IMG/VR virus record: IMGVR_UViG_3300033144_002182
Span: 1 to 52,663 of that record
Source of the DNA: a virus
Taxonomy: Duplodnaviria; Caudoviricetes
DNA length: 52,663 nt
Reading direction: 5' to 3' (one strand)
Both the position numbers and the translations under genes were made by a program. This document shows, piece after piece, positions 37,101 through 46,648 of this stretch; position 1 is the first letter of the stretch; each line of letters begins with the position of its first letter. The notes under the pieces were generated by a model that saw only the letters and a list, made by a program, of their open reading frames with translations, had not been told where the DNA came from and searched no databases.

Positions 37101-40100
37101 CGCGAACGATGAATGGGAGATTCGTGCATGGGTTATCCGTGACGAAGATTCCAAATCGGTTCAGATATACATAAATACCGACGCCGTTGGATCTAAGGTG
37201 GTCAATCTCACCGACTATCTGGAAGAGGTTAATATCTCGACGCTCATGGCCCCGGATCGGGTGTGGAGTGCCGGTAGCGAGTTTGACCAAGTGGACGTGA
37301 ACGTAAAAGGCTGGTCTGGTCTTAGCGCGACAGGAATTGAGGGTGCGTACAAAGAACTCACAACAACCGTTCCGCCCGCGCTGAGTGTTGAAAAGCAACC
37401 AGAAGGAGAGCCGTTCAAGGTCACCCCGTCGTCGCTCGATTATCAGCCGTTCCAATACGACAATTCCGGCTCCGAGACGGGGCGCGTTGAGATCCGGCCC
37501 GTTCCGTACAGTGTAAGCAATACGTTCCAGAACGACCCGGAGGATTTCACCACATGGACAGCGGAAAACGCGTCGGTGACCGCTGACGCGGCGGTTGCCC
37601 CGGACGGCACCTTGACGGCTGACAAGTTGAAGGAGAACGGAGCCGTTTCCGCCCATGATATTTTTCAGCAGCGAACCATTAACAGTGGCTCACAATACAC
37701 TATATCGGTATTTGCAAAGGCTGCTGAACGGTCGTTGTTGCGGGTATATCTTGGCGATGGTGGATTTCCGGCGGCGTGTGGCGTGTGGTTTGATCTTTTG
37801 TCGGGAACGGTGGGCTCAGAGGGGTCTAGTATAGACAGTTCTGGCATCACCTACGTTGGCAATGGCTGGTATCGCTGTTGGGCAACCGATACGGCTGATG
37901 CTTCCGGTACTAATTATGCAGCGTTGTTTGTCTGTTTGGAAGATGGGCTCACGGTATATGACGGCGACGGTTCTTCCGGTTTGTATTTGTGGGGTGCGCA
38001 ATTCGAAGAAGCACCCTTGTCGGATTACAGCAAGGCCAACGTCGGATCAGTGTTCTTCCGCTTTGCGCAAGGCGCACAGGTCGGCTCTGGGGCCGCATGG
38101 TCTGAATTAACCTACGAAGCGGAAGGCGCAGGTACGGGCTGGACGGCGGAAGGTGTGCTCCATGAAACACGGAATTCACACCTTCAAACGAAAGTTCAGT
38201 GGCTCGACGCGGACCGCGCTGATGAAATCAACGATTTCACGATTGATCCCGATTTAATCCCAGAGCCGCCATTCACGCTGCAATGGAAGTGGGACAGTGC
38301 CCAAAACGAATGGGAAATCCATGCTACCGTTACTCGCGACGACGACTCGCTTTCAGGCAAAGCATACATAACATCCTCGGCCACGGGCTCCGTTCTTTTC
38401 ACGATGGACGACCACATCAACGAGATTAACGTCTCGGTTCTTATGGCTCCTGATCGTGCGTGGCCTTCCGGCAGCGAAGGAACCGTGGCTACCGTAGGAA
38501 TCAGAGGGTATTCCGGGCTTGCCGGTGCTGGAACCGCTGGGCCGTGGGCAGAATTGACGGCTGCGATTCCTCAAAAAGCAGGGGTTCAGTCAGAAGGTGC
38601 AGCCGTTTCGGTGCCTCCGACAACGCTCGATTATCAGAACTTCCAGTACGACGATGGCGGAACGAATACTGGGCGCGTTGAGATTCTCCCCGTGCCGTAC
38701 AGCGTTGTTAATCTCCATTTGTCTCCCGAGGCTTTCGACGACGCGGCATGGGTAAAGACACGCGTGGATATTGCGGCGAATGATTTTGTTGCTCCGAATG
38801 GCACCCTGACGGCGGACAGAATGACGCCTCAGAACACGGCTGGCGGAACGTACTATATGTACGACGGCATCCCGGTCACTTCGGGTCAGGACGCTACATT
38901 TTCTATCTACGTTCGTGCTGCTGGGTATCAGTGGATCTATATGTCGTTTTCAGGAACGGGCGGGGCGTTCGCTGACGACAAGGTGTGGTTCGATCTCCTG
39001 TCCGGCACGATTGGGACGATTGACGCCGACATAACGGCATCCATAGAACACGTCGGCGATGGCTGGTATCGGATAGTAGCCACGCGGGAGGCTCTGGCAA
39101 CCACGTCTGGAACAATCGTATATCTTGCATCCGAGGCTGACGGCGACACGTCTCATTCGCCCGACGGAATAGCTGGTTACCATTTCTGGGGCGCACAAGG
39201 CGAGATAGCTTCTGCGGCCACAGAGTACAATAAGACTCAAACCGGCAGTGCGTTTTTCCGATACGCAGGGGGCGCACAGGTTGGATCCGGCACGGCATGG
39301 ACTGAGCTAGTCTGGGAAGCCGAGGGCGGCGGAACAGGCTGGACTGCCGAAGGCATTTTGCACGAGGTTCGCAATTCTCATATCCAAACGCTCGTTCAGT
39401 TTGTCGATGCTAACCGCGCCGACGAATTTAAGGACTTCACGATTGATCCAGACCTAATACCAGAACCTACGTTTACGCTGTACTGGGTCTGGGTAGTACC
39501 GGGAGCCACCTATGCGCAGGGACAGTGGGAGATTCATGCGCTCATAACCCGAGACGATGATTCTCTTTCGGGCAAGATTTACATGGGTTCTCCTGCCGGG
39601 GGCTCTGTCGTATTTAATATGGCGAATCTGCTTACCGATCTGAACGCATCCGTTTTGATGGTTCCAGACGAAGTATACACGGCGGGTAGCGAGGGTGTAG
39701 TTGTTACCGTGGGCGTGAAGGGATATTCCGAAACTGCTGCCGGTGGGATTGCGGGCGTATGGAACGAGGTTACTGCCGTGGTGCCCCCGAAATCAACCGC
39801 GATTCAACCGGACGCCAGATCGTTTGCCGAATCACTTCAAACACTCGATTACCAGCCGTTCCAATATGACGACGGCGGCAATGAAACAGGGCGGGTTGAA
39901 GTGCGCCCAGTGCCATACGATCCGGCAAACCTGTATCTAAAATCAGAAGAACTCGACGACGCTTACTGGAACAAGACTGAGTGTACGATAGACGCCAACG
40001 CGACGACGGCACCAAACGGAAAGCTGGTTGCCGACCAACTGGTCGAATCCGTGACCGCTTCCACGGCGCACTACGTACATCGCGCACTAACCGTCTCATC

Positions 40101-42630
40101 GGGACTGCCGTATACGTTCTCGTTTTATGCGAAAGCTGCGGGACGTGCATGGATGCGGATTGCCATTCCTTCTGGGACAAGCGTTTTTGAGCCCTCCATT
40201 CTCTTCTGGTTTAACCTAGAAACCGGAGAATTCGGTACTGTCGCCGGAGACGTAGAGGATCACGGCGCGGAGTATGTCGGAAATGGCTGGTATCGAATGT
40301 GGGTCATGGCAACATCCATTGGAGCCGGAAGCGTGAATCCGACGGTTCTTATGGGAGAACTGAACGGACAAAATAATTACACGGGTGACGGTGTTTCTGG
40401 GGCTTACGTGTGGGGCATTCAGGCAGAACAAGCCCTCTCGCCTACGCCTCATAGCCAGATCAACTACGGAAGCGCATTCTTCCGGTTCGCGCAGGGTGCG
40501 CAAGTCGGCTCGGGCCTTGCGTGGACGGAATTAACATGGGAAGCCGAAGGTGCGGGCACGGGCTGGACGGCGGAAGGGGTTCTCCATGAAACAAGAAATT
40601 CTCATATCCAGACTCGGGTTCAGTGGCTCGATGCTGACAGGGCCGACGAGATAGTAGACTTTACGATAGACCCTGACCTGATCCCCGAGCCGCCATTCAC
40701 GCTTTCATGGGAATGGAACACAGGCTCGGATCTCTGGGAGATTCATGCCATTGTGACTCGAGACGACGACTCGTTATCCGGGGCACATTATCTCTCGCCC
40801 GGAGTCGGCAGCGACCAGTTTGAAATGACGGATTATGTCAACGACGTGAATCTTTCTCGTACTGCTACCCCGGTTCATACGTACCCTGCTGGCAGCGCAA
40901 ATACGGCGGTTACCGTAGGAATCAGGGGCTATTCAGAAGCCTCCGGCGGCGGACTTACGGGAGCGTACAAGGAACTGGTTACAAACGTCCCGCAGGAAAC
41001 GCCAGTAGCGACCCTTGACACACAGATTCAGTATACCCCGTGGCAAGAGGATCGCGGCGGTGGCGAAGGTGGTTATCTACGGATAAGGCGCGTTCCGGTC
41101 GGCAGTGCGGGAATATCAAATGTTCGGTACAAAATCAAATCGGGCGGCAACATCGGTGACGCACAAGCCTTTGAAACTGATCCTACGTTTGATGGCGGTG
41201 GTGCGGGATCGGGCTGGCTGATGGCCGTGGCCCTGCACCCGGAGAGAAACTCCCAAGTAGAAACCCATGTTCTCTGGACAGATGGCTCTCGCGCTACGGA
41301 CGTGCGGTTATGGTCATTTGACCACGACAGGAACCCACTTCCAAAGGCTACGACCGAATGGGTTTGGTCGACAGGATCTGGCAAGTGGGATCTGTATATG
41401 ATTATCGTACGGGACGAGGATTCGCTTTCATGGGAGGCCGATTTAACTGGTGCGACCGGATCCGTATGGTCGAATTTCGTGGCGTCGATTTCACGAATCA
41501 ATTTGTCCAGTGCTACATGGGCCGGTGATAACAGGAGGTGGAATCCCGGCAGCGCAGGAACCCCCGCGACTATCGGGATCAAAGGGTGGTCAGCGGCGGG
41601 TGCCACAGGATCAGCGGGTACGCGCTTCACGCTCTCGACGGTGGTTCCTGAACTCAAAGAGTCAGATCATATTCAGAACAGCGCGATTGGTAGTGCTAAG
41701 ATCCAAACGGGCGCGGTTGTTGCTGGAAAGATTAGTGACGAGGCGGTTGATTGGGCGCAGCTTAAATCGACAATCTCGCCGATCTTTGTGGCTGCTGCAT
41801 TGCCGGGTGTGGGCAGCGGGTACGCCGTCGTTTACCTGACGGCGAATGACGGCTCGAACGATGCGCTACATCTATATCGAAACACGGGCGCGGCATGGCA
41901 GATCGTCCGGGCGGAAGTGCTGGCGGATCGCGTGATTGCGGCGACCTTGTCCGCGATCGTGGGCTCTATGGGTGCGCTTCTTATCGACAACAAGATTTCA
42001 GTCGATGCGAATGGTTATATCACAATGGGCGGGCACACCGGTAACGGCTCGATCATAACAGGCGTTCAGGTTGGGTACTTGAACAGGGATCTCTCGATCA
42101 CGGACTACGGACTCGCGGCGGCGATCAGTGGCGCGGAAGTGATTCGCTTGACGGCGGGCGAGGGGCTCGTATATCAGGCTGGCGGTGCGGGCGTTTACCG
42201 AACGACGTGGGAGAATGCGAGCGGCGAAACGACCGCTGCTATCGCAGGACTCACGACACAAGCTGGCTTATATATGTACGCACAGGCGGGATCGGGTGAC
42301 GATCCGATGCGCGTCTCGCTCAACTCAGTGTCCGAGGACAGCTTCGGCCAATGTGCCCTTGATGTTCACGCGGACGACCATTTCACGACGGGCAATACTC
42401 ACGATCCGTTTACGAGTATTTACGGCATTCCGGGCACCGCTCGGCTTCACGTGGGGCTCGCGGGCGTTGGCACCAACCGGCCAAAGGCGACGGGATCAAC
42501 CGGCGTCTTGTGGGTCAATGGCGATTTCCGGCTTGACACGACGGTGGCCGCATCGAAAACAGCCACAGGCTCGTATTTGAAGGTGATCGTTGGAACAAGA
42601 ACGGATTATTTTTTACAATTATACAAGTAA
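34144..42630 (+). CDS. Giant tail tip / baseplate hub-central fibre protein (2828 aa)
   Basis: Follows the TMP; hub-like N-terminus (SRIMPLGG, IGSWVRV.D...ARV); six tandem units, three carrying GWYR modules. Confidence 0.85.
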   Translation: MAKINAVKLYDSDRILVGDPGGVSILSCVKGNILRSQKMGEAESLSITFNAWTAAATTIEADGKMAMRRRRIIRLEYDDASFREYRIREFTRDVSGDADAVLRGVHLPNEELRRLHPKQHLTGGFTLVQMRLIGLSPQVALDGLFGATWNGPSLIKAGTVNGSITVSEVNLFTDGTQSFADVLKDLAVQCEGEVELNYHSGSDKYVVDIYPQIGLTSGERSGGIEPENRPIEIGDLTGVLSANNRMKNRRRSDSRSYFSRIMPLGGGADDTVTIGAAEWTVNSGSFNVGSGYTKLTLSDDPVYLDEGQTGEYFGNGSEGFALITKSTSPDLVYVSGNETGIVGQKGLFADNSGGDELVHMNNPAALDGIFEKVQRFSNVGPFKNHVPNADISDWSAGLPVSWSKIVGPETVTENTDARYTQVGTKSAKIVCGTDEGLQVGITVDADSNSYWSCWVYLRVTAGGVKLEFHDFDGIIEPVEGEAGSTDNNLLAIVIQGLEPAKGAGALKVIATEPGTTFYLDAATMTNSTAAYEFVPHMGPTGLWHETARFIREKDEYEDAYETSFLDVSFNNGSLHEVDIGSWVRVKDVPNQGSASHDIQFDARVIEIRSEEDHHTGAFKKAVKVSRRTRNFTDRFRERLPQYPGAFQVGADISPSNNLDVEWLAFQRGSGSDEYGYLRGIPGYIGEVLDVEFRSAEGANVLFADSWGNVTYNAASGWYQQGVKLHARRDSELQMRFNWVDTTKKSNFVAHLFDHDLLPEPPFVLDWWWNTGSDLWELFASITQDEDSLSTQIYLDADAAGSQIVNLDSYLKRVNLSRLMAPDVTWSAGSSDVGVDVSVKGWSETGATGIEGTYKQISTNVPREIVTGSATFLEYENFQYDNAGSMTGRVELRPVPYAQTDMGSAFFRFAQGSHVATADAWTVLAWEAEGVGTGWTAEGVLDNIRQSHLQTRVLWADGSRAEEKRDFILDPDRVPEPKFTLDWYWNDANDEWEIRAWVIRDEDSKSVQIYINTDAVGSKVVNLTDYLEEVNISTLMAPDRVWSAGSEFDQVDVNVKGWSGLSATGIEGAYKELTTTVPPALSVEKQPEGEPFKVTPSSLDYQPFQYDNSGSETGRVEIRPVPYSVSNTFQNDPEDFTTWTAENASVTADAAVAPDGTLTADKLKENGAVSAHDIFQQRTINSGSQYTISVFAKAAERSLLRVYLGDGGFPAACGVWFDLLSGTVGSEGSSIDSSGITYVGNGWYRCWATDTADASGTNYAALFVCLEDGLTVYDGDGSSGLYLWGAQFEEAPLSDYSKANVGSVFFRFAQGAQVGSGAAWSELTYEAEGAGTGWTAEGVLHETRNSHLQTKVQWLDADRADEINDFTIDPDLIPEPPFTLQWKWDSAQNEWEIHATVTRDDDSLSGKAYITSSATGSVLFTMDDHINEINVSVLMAPDRAWPSGSEGTVATVGIRGYSGLAGAGTAGPWAELTAAIPQKAGVQSEGAAVSVPPTTLDYQNFQYDDGGTNTGRVEILPVPYSVVNLHLSPEAFDDAAWVKTRVDIAANDFVAPNGTLTADRMTPQNTAGGTYYMYDGIPVTSGQDATFSIYVRAAGYQWIYMSFSGTGGAFADDKVWFDLLSGTIGTIDADITASIEHVGDGWYRIVATREALATTSGTIVYLASEADGDTSHSPDGIAGYHFWGAQGEIASAATEYNKTQTGSAFFRYAGGAQVGSGTAWTELVWEAEGGGTGWTAEGILHEVRNSHIQTLVQFVDANRADEFKDFTIDPDLIPEPTFTLYWVWVVPGATYAQGQWEIHALITRDDDSLSGKIYMGSPAGGSVVFNMANLLTDLNASVLMVPDEVYTAGSEGVVVTVGVKGYSETAAGGIAGVWNEVTAVVPPKSTAIQPDARSFAESLQTLDYQPFQYDDGGNETGRVEVRPVPYDPANLYLKSEELDDAYWNKTECTIDANATTAPNGKLVADQLVESVTASTAHYVHRALTVSSGLPYTFSFYAKAAGRAWMRIAIPSGTSVFEPSILFWFNLETGEFGTVAGDVEDHGAEYVGNGWYRMWVMATSIGAGSVNPTVLMGELNGQNNYTGDGVSGAYVWGIQAEQALSPTPHSQINYGSAFFRFAQGAQVGSGLAWTELTWEAEGAGTGWTAEGVLHETRNSHIQTRVQWLDADRADEIVDFTIDPDLIPEPPFTLSWEWNTGSDLWEIHAIVTRDDDSLSGAHYLSPGVGSDQFEMTDYVNDVNLSRTATPVHTYPAGSANTAVTVGIRGYSEASGGGLTGAYKELVTNVPQETPVATLDTQIQYTPWQEDRGGGEGGYLRIRRVPVGSAGISNVRYKIKSGGNIGDAQAFETDPTFDGGGAGSGWLMAVALHPERNSQVETHVLWTDGSRATDVRLWSFDHDRNPLPKATTEWVWSTGSGKWDLYMIIVRDEDSLSWEADLTGATGSVWSNFVASISRINLSSATWAGDNRRWNPGSAGTPATIGIKGWSAAGATGSAGTRFTLSTVVPELKESDHIQNSAIGSAKIQTGAVVAGKISDEAVDWAQLKSTISPIFVAAALPGVGSGYAVVYLTANDGSNDALHLYRNTGAAWQIVRAEVLADRVIAATLSAIVGSMGALLIDNKISVDANGYITMGGHTGNGSIITGVQVGYLNRDLSITDYGLAAAISGAEVIRLTAGEGLVYQAGGAGVYRTTWENASGETTAAIAGLTTQAGLYMYAQAGSGDDPMRVSLNSVSEDSFGQCALDVHADDHFTTGNTHDPFTSIYGIPGTARLHVGLAGVGTNRPKATGSTGVLWVNGDFRLDTTVAASKTATGSYLKVIVGTRTDYFLQLYK

Positions 42631-42891
42631 ATGGCACAAGATATTGTCATTAGAAAGGCCGAAGATGTGGACACGGACACGTTCACGCGCAAACGCAACC
42701 CGTTGGGGGGTGCGCCCTTGGTCACAAAGAAAGTCAAAAAGATTCGGATTTACGACGTTACCTTCTCTTACGAAGATCCGCCGGGAACGCTTCTGTTGAC
42801 CAAGACATTCCAGATCGTTCTCGAACGCGGTGCTACATACATGGACAGATTGGAGGCAATCAGACAACAATGGATAACAGAGAACACGTGA
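42631..42891 (+). CDS. Hypothetical protein
   Basis: Starts immediately after the tip gene stop. Confidence 0.6.
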   Translation: MAQDIVIRKAEDVDTDTFTRKRNPLGGAPLVTKKVKKIRIYDVTFSYEDPPGTLLLTKTFQIVLERGATYMDRLEAIRQQWITENT

Positions 42892-43412
42892 ACGGCGTAG
42901 CAGAAGAAAACGTAGCCGCCGAAATCACGGCTGGCGAATTACAGCGGGCACTTGCACAACATGGCGAGAGCCCCACCCCCGAGGCCGTAGCGGTTTTGGC
43001 ACGGCCCGTTGGCCCCCCGTCGCCAGACAGTAAACCGACTATTGAACTCTCTCGCGACCAGCGTAACGAGGTTCGCTCGGGTATCTTGCGCCGTGCGCTG
43101 GAAACTATGTTAGCGGCCCCGGCACAAACAGAAGCGACCACGCTTACAAAAGTGATGAACGCCACCTCTGGGCTGCTTCTCACTGAGCAATTACAAATCT
43201 TTTTAGCGTGTCGCGATCTCGCGCATGGGGTTGAGGATAAAACGGTGCGGGAGAATTTCATCGGACAAATAGGTCTTGCCGTTGCCCATGCAAAGGTTAA
43301 GCTATTCGAAGGCGGCAACATGGGGCTGGCGGACGCCGAACAAGCGATTGCAGACGTGGAGGATGCAGGAGAAAAGGCAGCACTATACCTTCAACTGACA
43401 AAGAGGCTGTGA
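42870..43412 (+). CDS. Hypothetical protein
   Basis: ORF track; operon packing. Confidence 0.6.
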   Translation: MDNREHVNGVAEENVAAEITAGELQRALAQHGESPTPEAVAVLARPVGPPSPDSKPTIELSRDQRNEVRSGILRRALETMLAAPAQTEATTLTKVMNATSGLLLTEQLQIFLACRDLAHGVEDKTVRENFIGQIGLAVAHAKVKLFEGGNMGLADAEQAIADVEDAGEKAALYLQLTKRL

Positions 43413-43864
43413 TGTATACCAATGGTCATTTCAACGATGTTGTAAAATACAACCTCCGGGCGAGCGGCGAGAACTTCAAGCTCTCAGAGAACTTTACTCT
43501 GGGCGAAGTGGCCTGTAAAAGCGGATCTCCGATTGTTCTTATGCACCCGCTCGCGGTAGCGATGGCGCAGGAAATCCGCGACATTATCTCGAAGAAAAAG
43601 AAAAAGAGCATCCCCGTAAGCGTGAACTCTGGCTACCGGGAATGGCTGCACCACAAGGCCACTTACAAGAAGATCAAAAAACCCGTCAAGAAGGGCTCTG
43701 CTCATTTATTCGGGATGGGCCTCGACCTCTCCGTAACCCCCAAGTTACACAAGCTACTTATTGAAGTGGCCGAGAGCCTGAACCCCGGCGGTCTAGGATT
43801 ATACGACACCTTTATTCATGTTGACCTGATCGGCGAGAATCGCCGCTGGGACAACAGAACGTGA
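43409..43864 (+). CDS. Endolysin, peptidase M15A family
   Basis: LSENF.L.E..C, NSGYR, S.H..G..LD, G.G.Y..FIHVD motifs. Confidence 0.9.
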   Translation: MMYTNGHFNDVVKYNLRASGENFKLSENFTLGEVACKSGSPIVLMHPLAVAMAQEIRDIISKKKKKSIPVSVNSGYREWLHHKATYKKIKKPVKKGSAHLFGMGLDLSVTPKLHKLLIEVAESLNPGGLGLYDTFIHVDLIGENRRWDNRT

Positions 43865-44196
43865 CCCGTGTTATGGAACGCAAAACGTCCGAGGATCACG
43901 ACATTAAAATGAATAGCAACAGCAACGGGACGAGGGATTTCGTCAATTCAGCCGTTAAGGGTTTGGTGTATTTATTCGTCACGGCAGCACTGGCACTTCT
44001 GGTTACCGCCGTCTCGGTGAACGGGGCTCAAAACACACGCATCGCCCTCATCGAGAGTTACATTGTTACAGAATCAGACAAAAACAACAAACTTGAGGAC
44101 ACTCACGATCTGATTTTGAAGAAACTGACTGAGATTCAAGTCTGCCTACGCATACAAACTGTCGCGACCGGCGCGACTTGCGAGTTCGCCAACTGA
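43861..44196 (+). CDS. Single-TM coiled-coil lysis-region protein (holin/antiholin-like)
   Basis: TM segment GLVYLFVTAALALLVTAV; next to the endolysin. Confidence 0.55.
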   Translation: MTRVMERKTSEDHDIKMNSNSNGTRDFVNSAVKGLVYLFVTAALALLVTAVSVNGAQNTRIALIESYIVTESDKNNKLEDTHDLILKKLTEIQVCLRIQTVATGATCEFAN

Positions 44197-44234
44197 CCGC
44201 TACCTTCTTTGAAATCCAACAGGAGGCTATTGCT

Positions 44235-44465
44235 ATGGCGAAGAAATGGTTTTTGAAATCGCGGACGTTCTGGGGCATTCTCGTAATGTTATTGACCACG
44301 GTTCTTGGCGACAACGGCGTTCTCAACGTCCCGTTAGTCACTGAGTTTCTGAGCGGCATCGCGCAAGATGGAGCCTTTACCGTGGGTGGTCTTTTGGCCC
44401 TCGTGGGCATGGGGCTTCGAAGCACATCGGTCACCCTCTGGAAGAGTGAGGACACAACCGGATGA
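44235..44465 (+). CDS. Holin (two TM helices)
   Basis: MAKKWFLKSRTFWG N-terminus; AGGAGG at 44221-44226. Confidence 0.7.
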   Translation: MAKKWFLKSRTFWGILVMLLTTVLGDNGVLNVPLVTEFLSGIAQDGAFTVGGLLALVGMGLRSTSVTLWKSEDTTG

Positions 44466-45001
44466 ACAAGGCTCTGCGAACGATCGGTCTGATCGTCGTA
44501 GTTGCTCTCATCGCTGGCGTGACCGGGTACTTTATCACCAAGCGATATTTTCCGACGACAATCAGAGACACAGAGGTTCGTTATGTTGACCGCGAAATCA
44601 CGCGGCGGGACACAGTTACCATTGTTCGGCCAGAAGTCCGAACCGTCTACCGAACCGTCCGAGATACCGTCACGATTCGAGTTAAGGTGCCTGTTGGCTT
44701 CGGTGTCGCGGGAGTTATTGGAGCTAGTCCGATACTATTCCGTCGCGGAGACATCATCCTCACATATTTTTCGGACTCGACCTTCGTTCAGGACAGATTC
44801 CGAATACCTCGCCCGAATTGGGGTTACGGATTAGCTGCGTACGCGGCGGCTCGTGTATCTCGGTTCGAGGTTTCAGAAGTGGGGTTTGAGACGTGGTTGC
44901 GATACCGGAGATTTACCGTGTTCTCACGCCTATTTGTTGACGACGGGGTAGAGACGGGTTTCTCGATAGGCTTGCGAATGCGCTTAATTGGAACGGACTA
45001 A
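44462..45001 (+). CDS. Spanin-like membrane protein
   Basis: N-terminal TM, DT(V)-rich linker, C-terminal amphipathic beta strands; lysis cassette. Confidence 0.5.
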   Translation: MNKALRTIGLIVVVALIAGVTGYFITKRYFPTTIRDTEVRYVDREITRRDTVTIVRPEVRTVYRTVRDTVTIRVKVPVGFGVAGVIGASPILFRRGDIILTYFSDSTFVQDRFRIPRPNWGYGLAAYAAARVSRFEVSEVGFETWLRYRRFTVFSRLFVDDGVETGFSIGLRMRLIGTD

Positions 45002-45002
45002 T

Positions 45003-45212
45003 ATGCCAGCAAAAACAAGTAGGGCCAAAAGAGATCGGGTTGCGCTTACGCCGCTTCCGTTCCCGGCAGTGAAAAGGGAGATGCCAATAAAAGAAGTCCC
45101 TCGACCCAAGAAGGTGGCCGATCATAAAGGGCTTCGCCATATCTGGCAAAAACTATTCGCCCGAGAACACGCCAGTCTACATCGTATTATGATTATTCAA
45201 TACACGAGGTAA
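45003..45212 (+). CDS. Small basic hypothetical protein
   Basis: ORF track with start trimmed to just after the upstream stop. Confidence 0.45.
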   Translation: MPAKTSRAKRDRVALTPLPFPAVKREMPIKEVPRPKKVADHKGLRHIWQKLFAREHASLHRIMIIQYTR

Positions 45213-45216
45213 CACC

Positions 45217-45294
45217 ATGCCACTTGAAGCTATTTTTGTCCTTGCCGGAATCGCCGGTATTATCGGTCTGTACTATTTCAAAACAAGAAAATGA
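45217..45294 (+). CDS. 25-aa single-TM microprotein (MPLEAIFVLAGIAGIIGLYYFKTRK)
   Basis: Manual translation; GAGG upstream; ATGA coupling to the first glycosyltransferase. Confidence 0.55.
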   Translation: MPLEAIFVLAGIAGIIGLYYFKTRK

Positions 45295-45947
45295 CCTTTG
45301 ACCCGATTTATTCTTCGATGGCTACCATACCCGGAAGGGAAAAGGAATGCGCGAACACAACGGAATCTATCGTTTCCCAGTGTGACCGCGTTGTCGTTAT
45401 GCGAGGGCCGCTCGGCCCTGATGGGCGAACCGACGATGCACGTAAATTCTTTGGTGTAAATGACGCTCCCTGTTATCGTTTCATCTGCGACGATGATCTT
45501 ATTTTCCCTCCGGGTTGCCTCGAATGGATGCGTGAGTGGGTCGAAGAGTATGACCGCAAATGCGTAATCGTTTTGGGCGGCGGCATAATGAACGAAACGC
45601 CTGTCGGGTCCTATTACAGAGGCGGTAGAAGAGTTCGTTATGGGGCTCTGAATCAAGTAGATGAGGCGGTCTGGGTGAACGTGCCCCTGACGTGTGGGCT
45701 CATGTACCATACTGACACTATCCAGCCGCGTCTCGAAGATTTCCCGGCGCACAATATGGGCGACATCCTTTTCGGCATCCTCTGTCAAGCCGAAGAGGTG
45801 CCCATTATCTGTCTGCCACACAAGGCGGACTATATCACATATCAGGATTCCGTCGGAACGGACACGATCTGGGATCGAGAACACAGCGACGATCCAATCC
45901 AGACCCAGTACACAAACTCTATCCAGTGGAATCTTCTTACCCTGTAA
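45291..45947 (+). CDS. Glycosyltransferase (GT-A fold)
   Basis: MATIPGR, ICDDDLIFP (DxD), NMGD motifs. Confidence 0.75.
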   Translation: MTFDPIYSSMATIPGREKECANTTESIVSQCDRVVVMRGPLGPDGRTDDARKFFGVNDAPCYRFICDDDLIFPPGCLEWMREWVEEYDRKCVIVLGGGIMNETPVGSYYRGGRRVRYGALNQVDEAVWVNVPLTCGLMYHTDTIQPRLEDFPAHNMGDILFGILCQAEEVPIICLPHKADYITYQDSVGTDTIWDREHSDDPIQTQYTNSIQWNLLTL

Positions 45948-46648
45948 CCAATATCAGATACGGCCCTACTGCTCAAGAAGTAGTGGTTGAGATTCGTGAC
46001 CCCGAAGAACACATCCAAAAACACTGGCTGGCTGGCTGTTTTTACGAATCCCGTGGCGGCGGGTTGCTCCCGTATATCCGGCACCTCAACGCCCTCGCTG
46101 GGCCATTCCGGGTTTGTTACGATATTGGTGCCTCTATCGGTAACCATACCCTTTTCATGTCCCAGATACTCGGCGCGAATTACGTGCTGGCTATTGAACC
46201 ATACTTGCCCTCCTACGACCACCTCGTTTCCAACCTCGCTCACAACCACGTGTCGAAAGACCGGGTCTGGACGCTGAACATGGCCCTATCAGACGAGCAG
46301 GTCTGGGGCGATGCCGAACTATACGGTCAGGAGAGCGGAAACAACGTCGGCATGGTTCATTTCACGAAATCCCAATTTGGCAGTCCTGTTTATTGTGATA
46401 CGCTCGACACGATGGTTTCTAAGTATGGCTGTCCGCTCCCCGACTACGTGAAGATCGACGTGGAGCATATGGAGGAACAGGTCGTCGCCGGGATGCTGAA
46501 TACGATCAGGGCTTGCTCTCCAATTCTATCCATCGAGCTTGAACGAGGAACCGAGGTAATGGATAGTATATTATCCCCGCTCGGGTATCGCCGCGATCCC
46601 GTTGTGCTGAATCACACGCCAACGTATGTTTACAAGCCGGACAAATGA
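45926..46648 (+). CDS. FkbM family methyltransferase
   Basis: DIGASIGNHT, IEP, ALSD, TLD, VKIDVE.ME motifs. Confidence 0.9.
   Translation: MESSYPVTNIRYGPTAQEVVVEIRDPEEHIQKHWLAGCFYESRGGGLLPYIRHLNALAGPFRVCYDIGASIGNHTLFMSQILGANYVLAIEPYLPSYDHLVSNLAHNHVSKDRVWTLNMALSDEQVWGDAELYGQESGNNVGMVHFTKSQFGSPVYCDTLDTMVSKYGCPLPDYVKIDVEHMEEQVVAGMLNTIRACSPILSIELERGTEVMDSILSPLGYRRDPVVLNHTPTYVYKPDK

Noticed and set aside
36712-37656. 314-aa antisense ORF and other long shadow ORFs (e.g. 10867-11496, 48890-49510, 4241-4825)
   Set aside because: They overlap well-supported genes and show no recognisable motifs
36110-41650. Diversity-generating retroelement template/variable repeats
   Set aside because: No reverse transcriptase seen; the repeats are in-frame protein domains with mainly synonymous differences
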